Counted from the first letter of the stretch, positions 28,669 through 38,348 are shown. The stretch is 64,000 bases of DNA from Calditrichia bacterium (GCA_050633245.1 JBOEGD010000018.1:128001-192000), one strand, 5' to 3'. Numbers and translations: made by a program. The notes: generated from the letters alone by a model not told the origin.

Positions 28669-29037
28669 ATGAGTGACCCAATTTCGCCGGATATAAAAGT
28701 GCCACAGCGAACAGTGGAAGCAGTACAGCGGATTCAGAAAATCGAATTGAATACCGATGCGCAAAAAAGTGAAAAAGATGAAAACCCTACTTCCGCTGAG
28801 ACTAAGAAGGTGGTTATGGAAGTAGATTCAGAAGTAATTCTTCACAAGCTTGAAGAATTTGTAAAAGCGTTTAACACAAAAATCGTTTTTAAAGTAGATC
28901 CTGAAACAGGATCAAAAATTCAGGTGATGGAGAAAGAAACTGGTAAGCTTATTCGCCAAATTCCTCAGGAAGAGGTGCTCGAATTACGGAGCAAGATAGA
29001 TGATATAACAGGGATGCTGTTTAACAGGAGAATCTAA
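28669..29037 (+). CDS. flaG: FlaG protein
   Basis: IQVMEKETGKLIRQIPQEEVL...GMLF motif. Confidence 0.9.
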   Translation: MSDPISPDIKVPQRTVEAVQRIQKIELNTDAQKSEKDENPTSAETKKVVMEVDSEVILHKLEEFVKAFNTKIVFKVDPETGSKIQVMEKETGKLIRQIPQEEVLELRSKIDDITGMLFNRRI

Positions 29038-29469
29038 GTGGATTCAGTTGATGTAAAACGTAAAAGTGATATGATGCTTCAATTAAATGGTGAGCTGGAC
29101 AGTTTTCGCGAGTTGGTATCGTTCTCCGGCAAATGGCTGGAACGCATCGATTCTATGCCTCCGGGCGTTATGCAGGAAGTTCTGAATTACCGACAGGAAT
29201 GGATCAGCCGATTTGGAAACCGGAAAGATGATTGGGTGTCTCTTGCCAGGCAGGCAGGGGAAACATATGCTGCAAATTTCATTGCATCTATGACCAAGGC
29301 AGTAGCCGATTTACAGGTTATTGATGAGCAAATTTGCCACTGCCTTGAGGAAAGGCGTCTGAACTATTTGAACCAGATTTCCAGTTTTCAGCAAACGAAA
29401 CGTAAGAAAGTGGACGTAGATACACAACATTCTGTTCAGGGAAAGCGTGTAGATATTGTTCAGGAGTAA
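29038..29469 (+). CDS. Helical flagellar chaperone-like protein (FliT/FlgN-like)
   Basis: All-helical, 143 aa, between flaG and flgM; ends GKRVD. Confidence 0.45.
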   Translation: MDSVDVKRKSDMMLQLNGELDSFRELVSFSGKWLERIDSMPPGVMQEVLNYRQEWISRFGNRKDDWVSLARQAGETYAANFIASMTKAVADLQVIDEQICHCLEERRLNYLNQISSFQQTKRKKVDVDTQHSVQGKRVDIVQE

Positions 29470-29472
29470 GAA

Positions 29473-29844
29473 ATGGGACCACTAAAGAATATTACTTCTG
29501 CAGCGGGAGAGGTACAGAAAAGGGAGAATACCAAGGGTGGAGGTATTCGCCGTGAGCGCTTGAATTCAAGCGATAACAGCGGAAATAAGGGGTCTTCTAA
29601 AGGCGATAAGGCCGTGATCTCCGACAGTGCTCGTGAGATGCTGGATCTCAGAAACCGCGCATTCAAGTTATTTGACGCGCTGGAGCAATCTGGTGATGCT
29701 GCAAGCCCTCATCAATTGGACGCAATTCGAACCAATATCCTGGAACAAGTTTATCAGGGAGATGATCATCTCGATAAACTGGCAGATATGATTGGACAGT
29801 TTTTAGGTGGCGAAAGTGTTGATGGGAATGATACTGAACGATAG
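29473..29844 (+). CDS. flgM: Anti-sigma28 factor FlgM
   Basis: DKAVISDSARE and LDAIRTNILEQVY resemble the FlgM D-V-IS and I..G.Y motifs; AGGAG RBS. Confidence 0.7.
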   Translation: MGPLKNITSAAGEVQKRENTKGGGIRRERLNSSDNSGNKGSSKGDKAVISDSAREMLDLRNRAFKLFDALEQSGDAASPHQLDAIRTNILEQVYQGDDHLDKLADMIGQFLGGESVDGNDTER

Positions 29845-29867
29845 AGCTCTGAGGATTGTTTCTTTTA

Positions 29868-30704
29868 TTAACCGTCAATATACGGTGCCAGGCTATCATC
29901 TTTCCGGGCGTCAAACTCTTTTTGAACAATCGGAAAGTGCAGAATAAACTCACTACCTTCATCTCTCGCACTGTTGCATGTAATTTTTCCTCCGTTCTTT
30001 TCCATCAGATATTTAACCATAAATAGGCCAAGTCCACTACCGTTGCTGTGTTCAGCATGCGAGTAATGTGCGTTGAAAATAGACCTTAATTTTTCGGGAG
30101 CAATACCGCTGCCGCTATCCTTTACCGCAACACAAACGTACTCCGAAGGATGACTTTCTCGGAAATACTGGTTGGATTTTTTTCGATATGCCTTCAGATG
30201 AATGCCCCCATCAGCGCCCATCGCATCTCTGGCATTCAAAACAAGGTTTAGCAAAACCTGCTGAAAATGGGCGTGATGAAACCGTATCGCGGGTAGCTCA
30301 TCTTCTAAAGACAATCTTATAGAGAGGCTACCCGGCAAAAATCGTTTTACCAAATTGTGTACTTGGTGAATACTAGCCCGGACATCGATTGCCAGATCAT
30401 CGAAACTTGATGGTGAGGAGAACGAAAGCAGCTGCTCAATATATGCTGCACTGTCTTGTGAGGTAGTTACAATTAGCTCAAGAAGTTCGCGAAGTGGACT
30501 TTCATCATCAACAGAACGAAGCGAGCTTTCAGCAAGCGCACTTATCGCGGTAATTGTATTGCCGAAATCGTGAGCCACACCGGCTGTTAGTAATCCAATA
30601 GTGCTAAGTCTCTCTTTTTGCACAGCCTGATCGGTAAATTCTATTGCTGGTGTTGCAGTCGCGACAAAATTATTAGGGGCATGTTCGATCCATTTCTTAG
30701 TCAT
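29868..30704 (-). CDS. Soluble histidine kinase (HisKA plus HATPase) with almost no sensor region
   Basis: GLLTAGVAHDFGN, QVLLNLVLNARDAM, DSGSGI, GSGLGL; only about 30 aa precede the DHp helix. Confidence 0.88.
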   Translation of the reverse strand: MTKKWIEHAPNNFVATATPAIEFTDQAVQKERLSTIGLLTAGVAHDFGNTITAISALAESSLRSVDDESPLRELLELIVTTSQDSAAYIEQLLSFSSPSSFDDLAIDVRASIHQVHNLVKRFLPGSLSIRLSLEDELPAIRFHHAHFQQVLLNLVLNARDAMGADGGIHLKAYRKKSNQYFRESHPSEYVCVAVKDSGSGIAPEKLRSIFNAHYSHAEHSNGSGLGLFMVKYLMEKNGGKITCNSARDEGSEFILHFPIVQKEFDARKDDSLAPYIDG

Positions 30705-31051
30705 TTTTCTACCTGTCCCATATTTCGAATAAATATTAAGCTCATCTGCAAGTTTATAGAAGGATACCTTTTGCTTTAAGTTAAAGATGTTGGTTCAATA
30801 AGGAATAAATCGACTGATCTGTTTTTGTAATTTTATTCAGAACTATGGCCTGGTATGAAATAATGAGACGTATTCCCGGATATGAAAACTAAGGGGTGCT
30901 CTGCGTTTCAGAAATAGAATTTGCCCTGTTTCTCCCATGCTATCTAACTCCTGAATCAAGCTGAAAATATTGGATTTTCTGCAAAGATTATCGACACCAT
31001 TACCACCGACTTTAACAGAAAATAAACCTTCATCTGTTGCCCGAATTTGTC

Positions 31052-31079
31052 TAAACTCCGTGAAATTACCTGCCGATAC
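31052..31079 (+). promoter_or_regulatory. sigma28 promoter
   Basis: TAAA-N16-GCCGATAC, near-consensus FliA/SigD promoter upstream of the pseudo-receiver-fapA-motAB operon. Confidence 0.75.
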
Positions 31080-31185
31080 TGAGCCTGAAAGCGAGACATC
31101 TTTAAACGATTTTTTTGACCAAAGCGTTTTGCTCTCGCACCAATAAATATCACATATCCACTTTTTTCAGACGGGTTGCTATAGC

Positions 31186-31686
31186 ATGAGCTTTAGGCAC
31201 ACACTTGTAGTTCTCGAAAAAGAAGCAAACACTATTCAGATTATTCGTGAACTTGCAGAAGCTGTAAACCTGGTACCCTATTTTATCCTGGGTGAACGCA
31301 AAGCAACAACACATTTTGCGAAATCAGAAATAGCTGCCATCATATTGAACGTAGATATTCCATTGAAAAACCCGGTTCAATTTGTCGAGCAATTTGCGGA
31401 CTTCAATACGAAACAGAAGAAATGGAGTATACCTGTTTTGTTAATTCATACGACACAGCAAAGTCGGGTATTAGCAGATTATCCAGCTTTTGAGTCAGCT
31501 AAAAAGATTCGCAAGCCTTTGATTATGGGGGATTTATGTTCTTTTGTCGAACAGGGGTTAGAGGCTGGTTGGAATCCCGAAGTTGAGAACTGGAGAAAAA
31601 AGCTGGAATACTATCAAAGTGAGTTAATCGAATTATCAACCTGGGCAGAAACACTAAACCCGCTCATCGATTATTTTGAAGGGTAA
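31186..31686 (+). CDS. Pseudo-receiver (CheY-like fold, phospho-Asp replaced by Asn) with C-terminal helix
   Basis: LVVLEKE, AIILNVDIP, IPVLLI and IRKP align with REC beta1, beta3, beta4 and the KP motif. Confidence 0.6.
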   Translation: MSFRHTLVVLEKEANTIQIIRELAEAVNLVPYFILGERKATTHFAKSEIAAIILNVDIPLKNPVQFVEQFADFNTKQKKWSIPVLLIHTTQQSRVLADYPAFESAKKIRKPLIMGDLCSFVEQGLEAGWNPEVENWRKKLEYYQSELIELSTWAETLNPLIDYFEG

Positions 31687-31694
31687 GTCTTAAG

Positions 31695-33200
31695 TTGAAA
31701 CATCATAGAATATCACTGTCAACTGCTTCGCTAGAGCTTTTTGTCTATATGGATGGTGCTTTACTAATCGGACAATTGGTAAACGGGTTCGCCACCCCGA
31801 CCGAGCTAAAGCTTGGTCTTATGCGAAGTGGGTTTGCACATGGAATTGTGGAGGCTGGCATACAAGCGATAGGGAGTGGCTCTCGTTCCCAGCACGTACT
31901 TGCCAAAGCAGAGACGGTATTTAGCCCTGCTCAAGCCGACTACTTTGTTCAATCTGCTATGACCGAAAAACAAATGCAATCTGTCTGCGGTGAATTGCAA
32001 ATTAGCAGGTTACACCTCATGCATTCGGTTGAGCACGGACAAACCTTACTAAAAATTAGTCAGCGACCCTCTTATCAACTCATTAACCCTGATGGCTTTA
32101 TTAAAAAAGAATATCCTGCCAAGTTACAAGCGGACGTCTGGGCTGCAGGTATGAATTCGCAGTTTAATGAAGCCGGAGATACAGTGAGTGCCGAAAAAAA
32201 TGGTTTGGCTCATTTCGGTTTCATGCATGAAACAATTGTTTCACTGAAAGAAAAAGTTTCTCTTTCGGAACTTTATGATCTTGATAGTGCAGCTTATGGT
32301 TCATATTCTCTGGACGCAGATATTGAAAACTCCGGTTCACTGTCAATACCCGGGAGCTTGATTTCAGATAGTGACGTTCTGCTGGAAAATCTGGTTGTTG
32401 AAGGGAATCTTGAGGTTAATACAGTCAAAGCTCTACCAATGTCAAAGGAGCCTTTTACTGTTTCCGTAAGCCGTAATATGGTCGTGAGAAACATTGCAAG
32501 ATGTGATGTCTACTGCGAGTCAAAAGTAGCTGTTTTAGATCGGCTTTCAGATAGCCGTGTTCGGGCCCTAAAATGTGCTGCAGTCAGAGAGATAGTAAAT
32601 TCAGAAGTGGTTGTCGGTAGAAGTTTATATGTGCGAAACGTTCTTGGTAAAAGCCATCTTAAGATTGGACAAAGTTTTGTTACTTCTCGAAAACTGAAAG
32701 AACTCTGTTCCTTTAATGAAAAAATACTCCAAAAACATATTCTGCTGGATTTTGAGATTAAAGAATTGAGAGAAAAAATTGAAACGGCTCAAAATAAGCT
32801 GAAGATGCAGTTAGTTAATGCCCAAAAAAGGGCAGCGAAAAATCAAAGAGTTGGTCTGATTCTTCGTAGGCTATATGAGGGTTTTCTCAACTATATCTCG
32901 GAACTGGAAGTAAAGACACGGCTATTTGAAGTCAATTTTGATCTGCTGACTTATTTAGCAAGTCTTATTGATATTTATGAAAGTGATTTTAGTGAAGTCG
33001 AACCATCGGAAATACTGTGCTTTGGTACAATTGAACCAGGAGTCATTATATCCACTGAAAATCAAAGCTATACCGTCAATCGTACCCTGAAAGAAGTCTC
33101 AATCAAGGTCGACACCACTTTAGGAAGTTTTGAAATAGTGCCGCTGACGCCGGAACAGGTAGAACTCGAACAAAATGTTTCTGCTCAAGAAGAGGAGTAA
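31695..33200 (+). CDS. FapA/DUF342-family flagellar assembly protein (divergent)
   Basis: GFAHGI, SVEHGQTLL, beta-helix-like middle, coiled coil, GTIEPGVII at the C-terminus. Confidence 0.65.
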   Translation: MKHHRISLSTASLELFVYMDGALLIGQLVNGFATPTELKLGLMRSGFAHGIVEAGIQAIGSGSRSQHVLAKAETVFSPAQADYFVQSAMTEKQMQSVCGELQISRLHLMHSVEHGQTLLKISQRPSYQLINPDGFIKKEYPAKLQADVWAAGMNSQFNEAGDTVSAEKNGLAHFGFMHETIVSLKEKVSLSELYDLDSAAYGSYSLDADIENSGSLSIPGSLISDSDVLLENLVVEGNLEVNTVKALPMSKEPFTVSVSRNMVVRNIARCDVYCESKVAVLDRLSDSRVRALKCAAVREIVNSEVVVGRSLYVRNVLGKSHLKIGQSFVTSRKLKELCSFNEKILQKHILLDFEIKELREKIETAQNKLKMQLVNAQKRAAKNQRVGLILRRLYEGFLNYISELEVKTRLFEVNFDLLTYLASLIDIYESDFSEVEPSEILCFGTIEPGVIISTENQSYTVNRTLKEVSIKVDTTLGSFEIVPLTPEQVELEQNVSAQEEE

Positions 33201-33206
33201 ATACGA

Positions 33207-33509
33207 ATGACTCGTCAGAATAAAAATCTTATGAATCTTGCCGGAATCCCGGTATTTGAATCGTCTGTTATACGGGGAAACTCAAATATTGTAAAAGAAG
33301 AAAGTCTTATTCAAATTCAAAATGCTTGTATAAATCATAACGGCAGTATCGAAAAGCCGGTTGTTAGCCCCATTGTCAGTAATGAAGATATTGTAGGCCT
33401 GGTTGTTTCCTGTACCTGCGGGTCTGAAACAAAGATTCTCTTTGATTCTGTTGCAACCAATCACCAAGCCCTCGAACAGCCTGCGTCTGAAGAAAATAGC
33501 GCGCAATAA
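33207..33509 (+). CDS. Small hypothetical protein with CxCG motif
   Basis: AGGAG RBS; GLVVSCTCGSETKILF. Confidence 0.6.
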   Translation: MTRQNKNLMNLAGIPVFESSVIRGNSNIVKEESLIQIQNACINHNGSIEKPVVSPIVSNEDIVGLVVSCTCGSETKILFDSVATNHQALEQPASEENSAQ

Positions 33510-33532
33510 AATTATTGTCACAGGAGATACTT

Positions 33533-34294
33533 ATGTCTTCCACCACGCTCTTAGGCATATTCACTTCCGTCATTGTTCTGGTCTTTGCAACATCTTCACA
33601 AACCGTAACTGTTGATACACTTTTTAACCTTCCCGGTTTAGCAATCGTCCTCGGTGGAACTGCCGCTTCCATTCTCTTTAGCTATTCTACAAGCGATGTT
33701 GCAGGTGTGATGAGAGTTTTCTATATCGTTATTCGTAAGCAACAGATTCGTATGGAGCAATACGTACAAGAAATAGGGACATTTGCACTAAAGGCCCGCA
33801 AAAAAGGTTTATTGTCTCTTCAAAATGAAGTGCGTAATTACCATGATCCCTTTTTTAAAGATGGTTTGAACATGCTTATCGACGGATTTACAAGCCGGGA
33901 GGTACGGCGCATAATGCAACAGAGAATTCTAAATATGCAGTTGCGCGAAGAGGAAGAAGCTCAAATTTTCCGCACTATGGGGAAATTTGCTCCGGCATTT
34001 GGAATGTTGGGAACAGTTATTGGGTTGATTGCTATGTTACAACGTCTTTCGGGAAGTTCCATCGAAAATATTGGTTCGGGAATGGCCGTGGCCCTGGTTA
34101 CAACACTCTACGGCCTGATATTGGCAAATATGCTGTTTAATCCTATTGCGGAAAAGCTGGAAAGACAGACTCAGGAACGCGTTCGCTTAATGAGTATGAT
34201 TACCGAAGGGTTGACAATGATCGGTGACGAATGGCATCCCAATAAGATAAAGGAAGCTCTTAATGCTTTTCTTCCAGCTGGCAAACGACGCTAG
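33533..34294 (+). CDS. motA: Stator A subunit 1 (PomA/MotP-like)
   Basis: IVLGGT, ARKKGLLSL, APAFGMLGTVIGL, AVALVTTLYG; AGGAG RBS. Confidence 0.92.
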   Translation: MSSTTLLGIFTSVIVLVFATSSQTVTVDTLFNLPGLAIVLGGTAASILFSYSTSDVAGVMRVFYIVIRKQQIRMEQYVQEIGTFALKARKKGLLSLQNEVRNYHDPFFKDGLNMLIDGFTSREVRRIMQQRILNMQLREEEEAQIFRTMGKFAPAFGMLGTVIGLIAMLQRLSGSSIENIGSGMAVALVTTLYGLILANMLFNPIAEKLERQTQERVRLMSMITEGLTMIGDEWHPNKIKEALNAFLPAGKRR

Positions 34295-34309
34295 GGAGTG
34301 CAATAAAGC

Positions 34310-35029
34310 GTGAAAGAACATTCGAGCCAAAGTTATGGCAATGTTTCCACTCAGGATGCGGATAGTGTATTGCATCAATTGCGAAAATCAACAAAAAACG
34401 ATGCTGAAGAGAGCCTTTGGCTGGTTTCCTACGCAGATATGATGACGCTCTTACTAATCTTCTTTGTTCTACTCGTCTCAATCTCTGAAGTAGACTCCAG
34501 CCGGTTTGAAAAAGTTGCAGATGGCATCACCGAGGCAATTGGAAAGTCGAATAAGAAAAAAGTTTCTTTGAAAGATCTTGATCGCGAGATAAATGAGTTT
34601 ATTTCCCAATCCGGTCTGAATAGCGAGCTGAGTTCTGAAGTAACGCCGACCGGGGTTTCTGTCAGTATCGCAGGGGCTTATCTATTTGAATCCGGAAGTG
34701 CGAAACTGTCCGATAAGTCTGTACCGTTGCTCGAGAGAATGTCACACTTTGTTCATGATGTGCCGTATGATGTTGCCGTTGAAGGACACACTGATGATGT
34801 ACCGATTCGATCGACTCAATTCGATTCAAATTGGGAGTTGTCTGCAGCCAGAGCAAGTGGAATTGTGCGCCTCTTTATAAGGCAACGAGTTGCTCCCTCG
34901 CGTCTTCGCGCAATAGGTTTTGCTGATACCAAGCCAATTGCACCCGCCAGGGATGTCAATACAGGTAAGATCATTGCTGAAAATCGTGCCAAGAACCGAC
35001 GGGTTGTTATTCAGTTTCTGGCATATTAA
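34310..35029 (+). CDS. motB: Stator B subunit 1
   Basis: WLVSYADMMTLLLIFFVLL; VEGHTD, SNWELSAARA, NRRV (OmpA-like domain). Confidence 0.93.
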   Translation: MKEHSSQSYGNVSTQDADSVLHQLRKSTKNDAEESLWLVSYADMMTLLLIFFVLLVSISEVDSSRFEKVADGITEAIGKSNKKKVSLKDLDREINEFISQSGLNSELSSEVTPTGVSVSIAGAYLFESGSAKLSDKSVPLLERMSHFVHDVPYDVAVEGHTDDVPIRSTQFDSNWELSAARASGIVRLFIRQRVAPSRLRAIGFADTKPIAPARDVNTGKIIAENRAKNRRVVIQFLAY

Positions 35030-35151
35030 AATTTTTTCCAGCTGATTTCAAAGCGATTCCCAACCTGATTTAACATATGAAATAATTAAGTTGGGTGACG
35101 AGTTTCAGGAATTTAAAGCAGAATGTTCAACTCAAAATACGATAGCAAAAA

Positions 35152-36522
35152 ATGAAACGAATACTCGTTGTAGACGACGACAATGCTTTGCGCATTGTAA
35201 TATGCAAAACACTAACCTCCACAGGATATGAAGTAGAATCTGCTTCGAATGGAGATGAGGCGCTCGAAATCCTTACAACCAAGTGTTTCGATCTGATGAT
35301 TACGGATTTATCTATGCCCGGGATGTCGGGAATTGAGCTTATAGAAAAGTGTCGAGAGTTATATCCGAATTTAGGATGCCTGATGATTACAGCGTATGCA
35401 TCCGTGGATAAAGCAGTTGCTGCTATGAAGCTGGGAACGGTAGACTTTATTACCAAGCCCTTTTCTTTAAAACAATTAGAAGAGCATCTTGATCATTTCT
35501 TTGAAGTACACCAGTTGCAAGTCGAGAATAAACAATCACCTGCTTCAGTAGAAGATAAAGATCATAAAGGGGAGCTTCTCGGTAATAGCACGGCTATTTC
35601 CAAAACGCTTGCGCTTGTAGATATTGTGGCACAAACAGAAGCGACGGTTCTTATTCTCGGTGAAAGCGGTACCGGTAAAGAGTTGATTGCAAGAGAAATC
35701 CATGCGCGTAGCCCGCGTGCAAATAAGCCATTTCTGAAAGTTAATTGCGCTGCGATTCCGGAAACTCTCTTTGAAAGCACGCTCTTTGGTCATGAAAAGG
35801 GATCTTTTAGTGGTGCGATTAAGGATGTAAATGGAATCTTTGAAGACAGTTGTGGGGGGACGCTGCTTTTAGATGAAATCAGTGAGATTTCAACTTCTAT
35901 GCAGGCAAAATTATTGCGTGTCTTACAGGAAAAGGTTATTCAGAAGGTTGGAACGAGTAGCGAAACCCCGGTGGATGTTCGGATTATTGCAACCAGCAAC
36001 CGAAATATGTCAACTATGGTAAAGGAACAGAAGTTCAGGGAAGATCTTTTCTTTCGGCTTAATGTCTTTCCCGTCTTACTGCCCCCACTTCGGGAGCGTG
36101 AGGATGATATTATCCTTTTGGCAAATCATTTTCTAAAATTTTACGCTGGAAAGTATTCGGCCACCGCTACCAGTTTTTCGCAAGATGCACTGGTGTTTCT
36201 GTCCTCTCAAAAATGGCCAGGCAATGTGCGCGAGTTAGAAAACCTGATCGAGCGAAGTATTTTACTAAATCGACTTGAACCTGTGATCGATGCCGCCGCA
36301 TTAAATTTTTCCGACTCTGGATCAGCTACAGAACTGTTAAATCCCGCTATGACCTTCAATTTAGAGGCTATTGAAAAGAAGCTGATTTTTGAAGCCCTTG
36401 AGGAAACAAACAATCATCGTTCCAAAGCGGCAGAACTCTTGGGAATCAGTATTCGAACGTTACGCAACAAACTAAATATTTATCGTTCAGAGGAAGAAAC
36501 AGAATCAATTGATGTCATCTGA
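35152..36522 (+). CDS. sigma54-dependent response regulator (FlrC/FleR/FlgR-like)
   Basis: REC (VVDDD, TDLSMP); GESGTGKE; GSFSGA (GAFTGA variant); WPGNVREL; Fis HTH ISIRTLRNKL. Confidence 0.92.
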   Translation: MKRILVVDDDNALRIVICKTLTSTGYEVESASNGDEALEILTTKCFDLMITDLSMPGMSGIELIEKCRELYPNLGCLMITAYASVDKAVAAMKLGTVDFITKPFSLKQLEEHLDHFFEVHQLQVENKQSPASVEDKDHKGELLGNSTAISKTLALVDIVAQTEATVLILGESGTGKELIAREIHARSPRANKPFLKVNCAAIPETLFESTLFGHEKGSFSGAIKDVNGIFEDSCGGTLLLDEISEISTSMQAKLLRVLQEKVIQKVGTSSETPVDVRIIATSNRNMSTMVKEQKFREDLFFRLNVFPVLLPPLREREDDIILLANHFLKFYAGKYSATATSFSQDALVFLSSQKWPGNVRELENLIERSILLNRLEPVIDAAALNFSDSGSATELLNPAMTFNLEAIEKKLIFEALEETNNHRSKAAELLGISIRTLRNKLNIYRSEEETESIDVI

Positions 36523-36528
36523 ATGAAT

Positions 36529-36565
36529 CGGTAATCCTTGCCGCTCAATCAGGTAAATTTTGCCG
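36529..36565. promoter_or_regulatory. Tandem palindromic enhancer (UAS) sites
   Basis: CGGTAA-TCC-TTGCCG (36529) and AGGTAA-ATT-TTGCCG (36551), 22 bp apart, about 100-135 bp upstream of the sigma54 site. Confidence 0.65.
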
Positions 36566-36664
36566 TATTACGTTCACTTATTGCGATAGATGCCTTTCCG
36601 TAAAGTGTTGTTTTAAAAGATTTAATAATGTTTTTTGTGTTGATTGAAATGCTTTTTTCTAATC

Positions 36665-36680
36665 TGGCATTTATTTTGCT
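36665..36680 (+). promoter_or_regulatory. sigma54 -24/-12 promoter of the flgB operon
   Basis: TGGCATTTATTTTGCT, exact GG-N10-GC spacing. Confidence 0.85.
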
Positions 36681-36751
36681 TTATTACATGTGAAAAACAA
36701 TAGGTTCATAGGATATCTAAATTGGTAACGGTTTTAATTAAGGATGATAGT

Positions 36752-37120
36752 ATGAAGATGAACGGTGTTGCACCAGTTGAATTACTTAAGCGTTCCCTTA
36801 ACGTCTATACAAAGCAGCAGGGTGCAATTGCTGAAAACGTAGCGAATGCAAATAATCCAGATTATCAGCGCCTGGAGACGGATTTTACAAATGAACTACA
36901 TAATGCGCAGCAAAATCGGCTGAAAACGTCCAGCGGTCGTCATTTGGCAGGTGATAAATTGCCGGTCCCACAGAACGGCGCCGCAGCAGATGAGGCTGTA
37001 GATATTACTGTTGAAATGGCAGACCTTGCCGTTAATCAACTGCACTTTGAATTCAGCGCTCAGGCCTTACGCAGAAATTATAGTCTTTTATTATCCAGCA
37101 TTACTGGAAGGATGGTTTAA
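36752..37120 (+). CDS. flgB: Rod protein FlgB
   Basis: IAENVANANNPDY, VDITVEMADLAVNQ. Confidence 0.9.
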   Translation: MKMNGVAPVELLKRSLNVYTKQQGAIAENVANANNPDYQRLETDFTNELHNAQQNRLKTSSGRHLAGDKLPVPQNGAAADEAVDITVEMADLAVNQLHFEFSAQALRRNYSLLLSSITGRMV

Positions 37121-37121
37121 A

Positions 37122-37613
37122 GTGGAAGTTAATGGAATTCTTACTGCGATACGCGTAACTCGCAAGGGACTCTCTACGCAAATGAAGCGTTTGGAAGTGA
37201 CTTCGGAAAACATTGCCCATGCCGATCGTTATCCGGATGCAAATGGTCAGGTATATCAACGAAAGTCACTGACCGTTACAGAGCCCAATAAGGCAGAAAA
37301 ATTACGCTTTGGCGAGCATCTTTCTCTCCGTCTACAGAAATCCAGCGGGACACACTTTTCGACTCCCGGCAGTGCCCGTCTTCTTCCGGAGGATAAAAAT
37401 GCACCCGCCTACGAAATTCAGGAAGATCGCAGTGAAAAACTCGTTTACGAACCGGATCATCCCCAGGCTGATGAGCAGGGGTATGTTCGGACATCAAATG
37501 TAAACCTTGTAGAGGAAATGATGAATTTAATGGCTGCCTCACGTGTATATGAAGCAAATGTTACTGTGATGAATTCAGCAAAGCAAATCGCAAAGAAAAG
37601 CTTTGAGCTATAA
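37122..37613 (+). CDS. flgC: Rod protein FlgC
   Basis: SENIAHA, YEPDHPQAD..GYV..SNVN, EMMNLMAASRVYEAN; GTG start. Confidence 0.93.
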   Translation: MEVNGILTAIRVTRKGLSTQMKRLEVTSENIAHADRYPDANGQVYQRKSLTVTEPNKAEKLRFGEHLSLRLQKSSGTHFSTPGSARLLPEDKNAPAYEIQEDRSEKLVYEPDHPQADEQGYVRTSNVNLVEEMMNLMAASRVYEANVTVMNSAKQIAKKSFEL

Positions 37614-37655
37614 ACATCAGATACTCATTACACTTCTATTATTGGAGAACGACGT

Positions 37656-37946
37656 ATGAATATTAAAGCTGCCGCTGTCCAAGCGTATGGAGCAACAACA
37701 AAAATATCAGCTGCATTAGAAAATGGAGGAAATAACGCTGTTCCGAATGACCATCCGGCTAATGTTGAATCAGCAGTGTTTGCTGATTCTAATCTGGCGA
37801 CACATGTCCTGCCGGCGAATTCAATTATTACGGCTCAGGAGCAATTTGTTATCGACCTAATGTTTGGAACTGAAAATACTTCTCTATATGCTGGTCGCAT
37901 TTCAGACCAGATCAAAGTTGGACTCCTAACAGATGTGAAAGCATAG
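37656..37946 (+). CDS. Hypothetical protein between flgC and fliE
   Basis: GGAG RBS; 96 aa; ends GLLTDVKA. Confidence 0.6.
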   Translation: MNIKAAAVQAYGATTKISAALENGGNNAVPNDHPANVESAVFADSNLATHVLPANSIITAQEQFVIDLMFGTENTSLYAGRISDQIKVGLLTDVKA

Positions 37947-37955
37947 GAACGTATC

Positions 37956-38270
37956 ATGACTACAATTAATGAAATTCCATCAATTAAGCTTGGGCAACTA
38001 CTTCAACAACGTGATCAAGCTGCACTACAGCACAATAATAACCCGGTTGGCGTCAGCTTTGGCGAAACGATGCAAAACATGATGAATCAGGTGAATTCGG
38101 ATCAGATTGTTGCCGCAACTCAGGTAAGCGATGTCGTTCAGGGCAGGTCGGATAATCTGCACGAGGCTATGATTTCGATGACAGAAGCGAAAGTCAGTTT
38201 TCAGCTCATGCTGGAAGTTCGAAACCGTTTGCTGGATGCTTATAAAGATATTGAAAAAATGCCGATGTAA
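37956..38270 (+). CDS. fliE: FliE
   Basis: LHEAMISMTEAKVSFQLMLEVRNRLLDAYKDIEKM. Confidence 0.93.
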   Translation: MTTINEIPSIKLGQLLQQRDQAALQHNNNPVGVSFGETMQNMMNQVNSDQIVAATQVSDVVQGRSDNLHEAMISMTEAKVSFQLMLEVRNRLLDAYKDIEKMPM

Positions 38271-38348
38271 TCGCTCTGTAGGTGCCATCACTAAGATGGC
38301 ATCTGCAATTTTCTCAACAGGATGAGTCTATAATTCAGGAAAGAAGCC

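Noticed and set aside
30956-31153. 65-aa minus-strand ORF
   Set aside because: Overlaps the sigma28 promoter region and has no recognisable features.
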